A DNA stretch of 47,975 nucleotides, taken from a virus. Below, one piece after another: positions 41,569 to 47,975 of the stretch (its first letter is position 1; the number at the start of each line of letters is the position of its first letter). Under the pieces are notes generated by a model. That model was not told where the DNA came from and made no database searches. It saw only the letters and a list, made by a program, of their open reading frames with translations. The stretch is from IMG/VR virus record IMGVR_UViG_3300027852_000008, positions 1 through 47,975 of that record, one strand, 5' to 3'. The translations under genes and the position numbers were made by a program.

Positions 41569-41590
41569 TTAAGAAAAGTCAAAAGTTGAC
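41569..41590 (+). promoter_or_regulatory. Conserved palindromic element, copy 8 (TTAAGAAAAGTCAAAAGTTGAC)
   Basis: Lies between the stop of the SPRY fibre gene (41594) and the ATG at 41563. The stem is extendable to 9 bp (AAAAGTCAA/TTGACTTTT). Confidence 0.7.
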
Positions 41591-41593
41591 TTT

Positions 41594-43723
41594 TTACCTC
41601 ACGTGTTTAAGAATGTAATCATCAAATCTGTTACTTATATTACCAATAACATAAGCATCTATAGGTAATAAACTAGCTGTAACAGTTCCTATTGGCTGTA
41701 CATATCCTAAGATATCAGCACTCAAAGCCTCCAAAGCTGCATCAACTATTATACTTGTTCCTGTTATACCTGTAACATCACCTATCAAGTGTAACAAACT
41801 AGCATCAACATATCCATAACCTGATACTATTGCAGTTACTAAGGCTTCTAATGCAGGTAAGCTTGTATCAACATAACCTATATTACTTATATAACCTTGT
41901 ACACTAGCTTGTAATGCTGGTAGATCAGCTGAGCAACTTGCTACATTCGATACCACACCAGTTATAGTAGACTCTAACGCTTCTAAAGTAGCATCAACAA
42001 ACGCTCCACCAAAAGCTTCACAGGTTAAGGCAGCAAGATCAACATCAACACTACAAACATTTCCAACTTCACCTACTACTGTAGCTTCTAAAGCTTCTAA
42101 GATACCTAAGGTATAATCATTCCCAAAAGCAAAAGCTTCAAGAGGTTCAAGGCTATCAACAACCTCACCCTTAGGTGCAGTGAATGTAGTTGTTATGGTA
42201 CATAGACTGGTAACTTGTTCATGATAACTCTCATTAATATTTATCTGTCTATCTATATCTACATACCACTCATCTATAATACCAACTTTCTCAGTAATAT
42301 AACCTGTTAAAGCATATCCTGTAATCTCAGCAGATAAAGCTACTTCATCACTATAACCTGTTGATAAACTATAACCTATAAGACTATCTGTTAAACCAAC
42401 CTCTTCATTAATTTCTGTCCATTGAGGACTTGTTGATTCTATTACATCTGCAAGACCTGTCTCATCAGCTATGATAGTATATATAGGATTAGATACAATC
42501 CAAGTATCATTTAATCCAACTGTTTCAGTTTCTTCTTGTTGTGTTCCCCAGTTGTATTCAAAGGTATCACCCAATCTAACATTTTCATTTAACTCTTCCT
42601 CAACTGTACCAGGAGGAGGTTCTGGAGGTGCTCCTTTTCCTAAAGGATCAAAATCTGTAGGAATAGGATAAGTAAAATCATCTGTAATACTAGCTAAAGT
42701 ACCTTTTGCAGAACTATTGTAACCACTCCAAGCAGGACGATATGTACCAGACAAACCAGTATATGCAGGATTAGCTCCTGTAGAAGGATTACCTGAAGCT
42801 TGCCATACACCATTCTTTGACCACCAAATCCTACCATTATCAAGATCTAAGGCAACTCCTATAATATCTCCACTAGAATATGTAGCCCCAAAACCTTGCG
42901 AAGAAGAATTATTTACCTTTGATCCATCTTGACTATAACCATAATCATCTGCATGAATTCCTAAGTATGTACCAAGATCAGATGATATTGTACAGCATCC
43001 TACCCTTGCTATCCCACTATTCTCACAAAGAACTTCCCAATACCATTTTCCAGTAGATTTATCTTCTTCAGCTAAAACTTTACCCTGAGCAGTTACCCAC
43101 TTCCTTGCGGTAAGATTGTTATTATCTCTTGCAATACTAGAATGTATATAAATACCACTCCACTCTATAGGAAGATCTGCTACTGATATATAACCACTAG
43201 GAGCAGAATAAGTCCAGTCAACCTCATCAAACTTACCAGTAACAACATCTCCACTATTATAACCACTCCACATAGGAGCAACTATATCACTTATTCCTGT
43301 AAAGGCAGGATTAGTTCCTGCTACTGGATCACCTCCATTTTGCCAAACATTGTTCTTACTAAACCAAGCTTCTCCAGTAGTTAAGTCTAATGCTACACCT
43401 ATAATATCTCCAGTTACAAAGCTATTACCATAAGAAGTAAAGCTACCATCATACTGTACTTTACCATCAAAGGCAAAGTAACCCCAACTGTTAACATCCT
43501 CACCTAGCTGTACATCTACATCAAGTGTACTATTTCCAAATCCTACAAACATCTGTGGAGTAGTACCATCTTCCCCTATCTCAATTTCCCAGTACCACTT
43601 TCCAGCACCTACGTATTTAGAACACTTAACAGCATGATCTCCAGTTACATCATTAGTTGCAACTAGATCTCCACCCGATAAAGTAATAGAGGAACTTTTT
43701 TCTGCTGAGTTCCATGTAGCCAT
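41594..43723 (-). CDS. Tail fibre/receptor-binding protein with two tandem SPRY (B30.2-like) domains and C-terminal repeats
   Basis: The hallmarks GKWYWEIEIG...GDIIGVALDLTTGEAWFSKNNVW and GKWYWEVLCE...GDIIGVALDLDNGRIWWSKNGVW are SPRY-type. They are followed by VGLxD repeats and about 8 LxALEA-type repeats. Confidence 0.7.
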   Translation of the reverse strand: MATWNSAEKSSSITLSGGDLVATNDVTGDHAVKCSKYVGAGKWYWEIEIGEDGTTPQMFVGFGNSTLDVDVQLGEDVNSWGYFAFDGKVQYDGSFTSYGNSFVTGDIIGVALDLTTGEAWFSKNNVWQNGGDPVAGTNPAFTGISDIVAPMWSGYNSGDVVTGKFDEVDWTYSAPSGYISVADLPIEWSGIYIHSSIARDNNNLTARKWVTAQGKVLAEEDKSTGKWYWEVLCENSGIARVGCCTISSDLGTYLGIHADDYGYSQDGSKVNNSSSQGFGATYSSGDIIGVALDLDNGRIWWSKNGVWQASGNPSTGANPAYTGLSGTYRPAWSGYNSSAKGTLASITDDFTYPIPTDFDPLGKGAPPEPPPGTVEEELNENVRLGDTFEYNWGTQQEETETVGLNDTWIVSNPIYTIIADETGLADVIESTSPQWTEINEEVGLTDSLIGYSLSTGYSDEVALSAEITGYALTGYITEKVGIIDEWYVDIDRQININESYHEQVTSLCTITTTFTAPKGEVVDSLEPLEAFAFGNDYTLGILEALEATVVGEVGNVCSVDVDLAALTCEAFGGAFVDATLEALESTITGVVSNVASCSADLPALQASVQGYISNIGYVDTSLPALEALVTAIVSGYGYVDASLLHLIGDVTGITGTSIIVDAALEALSADILGYVQPIGTVTASLLPIDAYVIGNISNRFDDYILKHVR

Positions 43724-43732
43724 AATAGATCC

Positions 43733-44290
43733 TTAAAGATCACTTGCAGATAAGGTTACAGTTACCTTAAAAGTATCTCCACTTTCAACACTCTTACCTT
43801 CACCAAAATTCGCTGCACAATACATAAAGTTACCAGCAGTTTGATCATTTATAGTAACTAAACTAACTAAAGCTCCACCATATATATTCTTAGCTGCATT
43901 AATAGAAAATACAGCCTTATTAGCAGAGTTAGTTAAACTCTTTGCTGTAGCCTCACTCTCTACAAAAGCCTGTCTAGCTGCTTCTGTATAAGCTATACTT
44001 TCAGTAAATCCTGGAACCTGATATGTATCAGCTGCTAGTGGTGTATAATCATCTTCAAAGATAAGAATATACCAAGGATCTATTTGTGCTGCCCCATGAA
44101 ACTGAACATTGAGGATATGATTCAATCCTTGATCTACACACCTATTGTGAGATCTAGATGTATCTATACACTTACCATCTCTTATTAATTCTGTATCCCA
44201 AATAGAATATATAAGAGCATGTTCATTTATACCTCTATTTACTTCAAGCTCTCCCTTAAAGTCTGAACCAAAACTCCCCTTTTCAATCAT
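43733..44290 (-). CDS. Hypothetical virion protein
   Basis: 185 aa, in the virion operon. Confidence 0.6.
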   Translation of the reverse strand: MIEKGSFGSDFKGELEVNRGINEHALIYSIWDTELIRDGKCIDTSRSHNRCVDQGLNHILNVQFHGAAQIDPWYILIFEDDYTPLAADTYQVPGFTESIAYTEAARQAFVESEATAKSLTNSANKAVFSINAAKNIYGGALVSLVTINDQTAGNFMYCAANFGEGKSVESGDTFKVTVTLSASDL

Positions 44291-44300
44291 ATTATTCTCC

Positions 44301-44678
44301 TTAAGTCGGATTTCTAAGTTCTATATCCCAAGCTGATGTTTGAGTTAAGTTACCGGTTGTAACAACTTCCAATGTACAAGTCTGCACATATACTAATTTA
44401 CTACTTCCTGTATCACACAAGACAACATGAGTAACATCTCCATCACCAGTAATAGGTATATCTATCTTAGCTCCTACAGTTATCTTCCTTCCACTTACAT
44501 CTCCATAAGCTGGTCCAGTAAAATCTCCTCCTGCTATAACTACACTACCAAGAGAATATGTAACACTAGCTTGAGTATAATTAACAGGTTCAGCTGAACA
44601 AAGATGCATAATATTAGTGTTATTTATTACCCAATCCAATGCTGCATCTAACATATCTATGTTACAAGACTTTGCCAT
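44301..44678 (-). CDS. Hypothetical virion protein
   Basis: 125 aa, in the virion operon. Confidence 0.6.
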   Translation of the reverse strand: MAKSCNIDMLDAALDWVINNTNIMHLCSAEPVNYTQASVTYSLGSVVIAGGDFTGPAYGDVSGRKITVGAKIDIPITGDGDVTHVVLCDTGSSKLVYVQTCTLEVVTTGNLTQTSAWDIELRNPT

Positions 44679-44688
44679 TACTTACCTC

Positions 44689-45411
44689 CTAAGCGTATAA
44701 AGGATGTCTAAGGCTAAAGCCAGATAAGATAATAGGAGCACCACTTACAATATTAGTAGAAGCTAGTACCATTGTAGATCCACTTGTTCCACAATTTCCA
44801 TCAAACCTTCTAGCTGTTTTATCTGCTCCTGTATCTTTATTGTTATCATAATATCTAAACCAACCAGCTATACCTGTTGCTACAGCTGTACCTTGCCAAG
44901 TCTCATCATCATTCTTATACAGATAACCATCAATAATCTTCTTAAATTCCAGTCCATTAGTTGGACTACCTGGTGTAAACGTTCCTCCATCAACACTAAT
45001 AGTACAAAGCAATGTACCTGTCTCTGCAGCATCTGCATCAGCAGGTTGACTACCTGTTCTTATTTCTATTACTCCATCTTTAAGAAGTTCTTTAAGAGCA
45101 TCTCCATTATTACTTGTTAACGTTGTAGCTGCTACAAAAGCTTCTGTAGCTGCAAGCGTTCCTGTTATAAAGTTAATAGTTCCAGCTGCTACTCCTGTAA
45201 GAACAATAGGCCCAACATCATTACCACCTGTAGTTGATCCTGTAGTAGTTATAGAATCTCCAACTCTAAAACCTGCATCCAAGAATCTACTTTCAGAATC
45301 TGTTATTTGATCCTCTCCAGCACCATTATCCACATAAGCTAAACTTGTTCCCTGCAAAAAAGCATCTCCATTTAAGCTATTTGCAAGACCTGTACTAATC
45401 TTAAGTCCCAT
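44689..45411 (-). CDS. Hypothetical virion protein (G/T/A-rich)
   Basis: 240 aa, in the virion operon. Confidence 0.6.
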   Translation of the reverse strand: MGLKISTGLANSLNGDAFLQGTSLAYVDNGAGEDQITDSESRFLDAGFRVGDSITTTGSTTGGNDVGPIVLTGVAAGTINFITGTLAATEAFVAATTLTSNNGDALKELLKDGVIEIRTGSQPADADAAETGTLLCTISVDGGTFTPGSPTNGLEFKKIIDGYLYKNDDETWQGTAVATGIAGWFRYYDNNKDTGADKTARRFDGNCGTSGSTMVLASTNIVSGAPIILSGFSLRHPLYA

Positions 45412-45422
45412 GTTTAAACCTC

Positions 45423-46331
45423 CTAAGGCTTAATCGTACAAACATACTTCTTATTCATGATTATTCCAGCACCAAAATTACCAACTGGTACATCTACTTT
45501 ATCCTTAGTAACACAATGAACTTTTCCTTCAGATGTCGCTAAACATATACCTTTATCTGATAAGAAAGATAATACAATTTCTCCACCTAAATCAGATTCA
45601 CCTATCTTCTCATCTTGAATCTTTACTTGTGTACCTTCTACAACAACTCCATCATGTACTTTAATCAGCTCAAATTCAGGAGGTGTTGGACCATTTAAGA
45701 AATACACTCCCCCCTCTGTACCTATATATATACCTGACTTAACAGCCTGTAATAACCGTGTTCTTGAATCAAAGGGTAAATAACTTCTAGCTAAATCATA
45801 AGCATTATAGTTAAGTCTTGCTGAATACCATACAACATCCTCCTTAGCTATATACATCCTACCATTATACAGTTCTATTAGATGACCTATAGGAGGATCA
45901 GAAAAGGTTTTAACAGAAGGAGGTCTCACAAAATTAAGACACACCCAAGGATACAATGTTCTATCTACAATAATACCAGCTTGAGTACCATTCATAAAGT
46001 ATACTTTATTCATGACTTTAACATAGCTAACAGGATAGGATGTTGTTAAAGTAAGAATAGGATTAATACTATAATCCTTTTCTATAGCAGATAAAACATT
46101 ATCCCTTACACCTAAGTAAAAAGTACCTGCATCAAATAAACTATGAAAAGATCCTGATACCTTTTTAATATAACCCTTTCTTCTTGATATCCTACCAGTC
46201 TTATCAACATCAACATTGACAGCTTGAGCTAAATCAACAATACCTTTACTCGAATCAAAAGTAAGTCTACTGGGATCAACACTAGTGTCTAATCCATTAG
46301 TCTGCTTAAATATTACTGCAGGGTCTCTCAT
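45423..46331 (-). CDS. Hypothetical virion protein
   Basis: 302 aa and apparently beta-rich. Its ATG overlaps the stop of the upstream small ORF (ATGA). Confidence 0.6.
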   Translation of the reverse strand: MRDPAVIFKQTNGLDTSVDPSRLTFDSSKGIVDLAQAVNVDVDKTGRISRRKGYIKKVSGSFHSLFDAGTFYLGVRDNVLSAIEKDYSINPILTLTTSYPVSYVKVMNKVYFMNGTQAGIIVDRTLYPWVCLNFVRPPSVKTFSDPPIGHLIELYNGRMYIAKEDVVWYSARLNYNAYDLARSYLPFDSRTRLLQAVKSGIYIGTEGGVYFLNGPTPPEFELIKVHDGVVVEGTQVKIQDEKIGESDLGGEIVLSFLSDKGICLATSEGKVHCVTKDKVDVPVGNFGAGIIMNKKYVCTIKP

Positions 46332-46489
46332 TTCATAGCCTCATCTAACATCTTCTGCCTCTTCCTTATCTTTTTAACTGTACCAGGTAATGAAATGTCT
46401 TGTGTACCTCTAGGTCTTGCTATACCTTTAAAAGGATTTTTCTTCTTTAACCATTCCTTAAGCTTATTCTTATCTACAGGTTTTGGCAT
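46328..46489 (-). CDS. Hypothetical 53-aa basic protein (MPKPVDKNKLKEWLKKKNPFKGIARPRGTQDISLPGTVKKIRKRQKMLDEAMK)
   Basis: Found by hand. It is coupled to both neighbours by TAATG and ATGA overlaps. RBS GGAGGTATTA. Confidence 0.5.
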   Translation of the reverse strand: MPKPVDKNKLKEWLKKKNPFKGIARPRGTQDISLPGTVKKIRKRQKMLDEAMK

Positions 46490-47121
46490 TAATACCTCCA
46501 TATACTACTTGATAAGTGATTACGCCGTTTAGCTGACCAATGAGACAATAGTTTTATTCCCTCATTATAAGCTATCTTTTGAGTTCTTAAATTAATCTTA
46601 TCTTCTTCCAACCCCTCTTCAATAAGATCAAAACCTTTTACAGCTGCACCTGATACAATAACATTTCTATGTAAATAACTTGGTATTGTATCAGGTACAT
46701 CAGTATTATCTACCATATCAATAGCAACTCTCTTGAAAAGCAGGACAAGAGTCTCAACAGGATCTGGAATACCTTGATAATACAAGAGACTTCCTTCTAC
46801 AGTAACAGCCTCTATACTACCAGCAGTAGTCAAATCTGGATAGTCTCGGATAAGTGTATCAAGTGTAGCATATCTGGTTATTTCACCACTGCCATCACCA
46901 ACATACAGAACTCTGCCTGGAGAACATGTAACAGGTAAGCTTGTATAAGCTTGAGCTAAAACTGTATCTACTGAACCAAAACTTTTAAAGCCAGGAACCT
47001 CAGCTTGTTCAATAGCATCATTAACAACTTCATTAATCCAGATAGGTATACCAGCTATAATCTCAGAACTATTATCCTGTAGCTTAATCAAGACCTCATC
47101 CTGCAATTCAAGAAAGTTCAT
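46489..47121 (-). CDS. Hypothetical virion protein (head-completion/adaptor candidate by position)
   Basis: 210 aa. The N-terminus MNFLELQDEVLIKLQD...IWINEVVNDAIE is reminiscent of connector and adaptor proteins (weak). Confidence 0.5.
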   Translation of the reverse strand: MNFLELQDEVLIKLQDNSSEIIAGIPIWINEVVNDAIEQAEVPGFKSFGSVDTVLAQAYTSLPVTCSPGRVLYVGDGSGEITRYATLDTLIRDYPDLTTAGSIEAVTVEGSLLYYQGIPDPVETLVLLFKRVAIDMVDNTDVPDTIPSYLHRNVIVSGAAVKGFDLIEEGLEEDKINLRTQKIAYNEGIKLLSHWSAKRRNHLSSSIWRY

Positions 47122-47130
47122 CTCACCCCC

Positions 47131-47694
47131 TTAAGGTAATTTACTAACCAACATCTGTAACCTTGCAGCACCAGTAGTAATAGTACCACCTGTCAAAGTA
47201 GCATACACACAAGGAACATCTGCATCTACACCCTTAATCAAGAGCTTCTGAGGATCACCGTCTCCTGTACCACTAAAATCTGTAGCACCAAGTATCTTAG
47301 CCATCGCCCATACAGTACCTGAGATAACACCACTTGTACCTTCAGTATAAGTAATCGTTACAAGCCCACCAGGGTACAATCCAATCGTTCCCTCTGTAAT
47401 CTCAGCTGTAGCCATAAAATGAGTATCAACCTGATTATCCATAGTACCTAGCGTTGTAACAGCATCTGTAGCAATAGTACCATAGCCTACATCAATTACA
47501 CCACTGCCATCAAATGCAGTCTTGATATCCATCACAACTTCATGGATAAAGTAATTACCTAGATGTGCAGGAAATGAAAACAACAAAGCCTCTGCATCAT
47601 CAGCTGCAGGCAATATCTCTGCAGAGGTAATCCAAAAAGGGTTTTCTCTAATATTACTCCTTTGATCTCTCCGTCTTAAATCCAAAATAGCCAT
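47131..47694 (-). CDS. Hypothetical virion protein, possible paralog of the junction-spanning gene
   Basis: 187 aa. It shares an h-h-h-E-h-h-h-x-h...D...hxVGY/F pattern with the 130-aa protein. Confidence 0.6.
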   Translation of the reverse strand: MAILDLRRRDQRSNIRENPFWITSAEILPAADDAEALLFSFPAHLGNYFIHEVVMDIKTAFDGSGVIDVGYGTIATDAVTTLGTMDNQVDTHFMATAEITEGTIGLYPGGLVTITYTEGTSGVISGTVWAMAKILGATDFSGTGDGDPQKLLIKGVDADVPCVYATLTGGTITTGAARLQMLVSKLP

Positions 47695-47704
47695 TTTTTA
47701 CCTC

Positions 47705-47975
47705 CTAATGTATAACCGAGTATCCGGCAAATATCTGAAATGAGAGTAAATTTGCATCTGCTACAGTTACTGTGATAGCACCTGAACCTTCCCTAAAATA
47801 CTTTCCACTAGCTTCTGCAGCAACACCTCCCTTACAAGACTTTAAACCAAGTGTTCCAGGAGCACAGGCAGCATTATACATAAAAGCATCTACTCCTGCA
47901 GTCTCCTTATTACCAATAAACCCTACCGTCATGGTAGCATCTGCATCAAGTACTAAGACCTCAACCCAAAGTTCC
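47705..47975 (-). CDS. C-terminal part of the 130-aa junction-spanning virion-module protein (starts at 249 in window coordinates)
   Basis: The stop is at 47705. The ORF stays open to the window end, and 47849..47975 duplicates 1..127. The tracked start at 47932 is an internal Met. Confidence 0.75.
   Translation of the reverse strand, partial: ELWVEVLVLDADATMTVGFIGNKETAGVDAFMYNAACAPGTLGLKSCKGGVAAEASGKYFREGSGAITVTVADANLLSFQIFAGYSVIH
47849..47975. repeat. Exact copy of 1..127 (circular-contig overlap)
   Basis: Base-for-base identity with the window start. Confidence 0.95.

Noticed and set aside
47849-47975. The 127-bp terminal direct repeat as a biological direct terminal repeat (DTR) of the virion DNA
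   Set aside because: Its length equals a standard maximum assembler k-mer, and an ORF reads straight through the junction. It is best explained as a circular-contig overlap. The real termini cannot be inferred from the sequence alone.
1-47975. Temperate lifestyle, a diversity-generating retroelement, or alternative genetic code
   Set aside because: - No integrase, recombinase or excisionase, and no CI/Cro-like switch, was recognised.
- There is no reverse transcriptase and no template/variable repeat pair.
- All long ORFs are uninterrupted under the standard code.

Overview
The window is one complete, circularly closed genome of a tailed dsDNA phage. Bases 1..127 are repeated exactly at 47849..47975, which looks like an assembler overlap, so the unique genome is 47,848 bp. 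The sequence is visibly AT-rich. Most genes have strong AGGAG-type Shine-Dalgarno sites, and several promoters are sigma70-type TTGACA-N16/17-TATAAT with TGn-extended -10 boxes.

There are two divergent transcription blocks.
- Rightward (+) early/replication block, about 12.6-31.5 kb. It holds about 25 small ORFs, many of them zinc ribbons, and an RHH regulator. It also holds a Cas4-like exonuclease + Sak4-like ATPase + DUF669-like recombination module, a ParB-DNA methyltransferase fusion, a UDG-like/family A DNA polymerase fusion, a DUF3987-like P-loop protein, ThyX and a DHH/DHHA1 phosphoesterase.
- Leftward (-) lysis/packaging/virion block. It starts at a perfect consensus promoter at about 12.3 kb, runs through the circular junction and ends at a GC-rich bidirectional terminator at 31.49-31.51 kb. 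Transcription order is: GH24 lysozyme, terL, a fibre/accessory module, portal, scaffold, major capsid protein, about 10 virion genes including a tandem-SPRY fibre, T7 gp11/gp12-like tail genes, a coiled-coil protein, an HExxH protein and a terminal 1548-aa protein. The gene set looks podovirus-like.

I recognise no integrase, tRNA, CRISPR array, reverse transcriptase, RNA polymerase or primase.

Most noteworthy:
- (a) An invariant 12-nt TAAGAAAAGTCA arm, followed in 7 of 8 copies by a 5-bp-stem/3-nt-loop palindrome. All eight copies lie outside ORF bodies (two lap a stop codon, one the tracked TTG start), on both transcription blocks. A ninth element shows stem covariation.
- (b) An origin-like region with a 40-nt pure A/T tract and six 20-bp iterons, bracketed by a roughly 60-bp inverted repeat.
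- (c) A structured 246-nt untranslated leader in front of terL.
- (d) Unusual virion proteins: tandem SPRY domains, and an HExxH protein next to the 1548-aa terminal protein.

All functional calls rest on motifs read by eye and on synteny. No database search was run.
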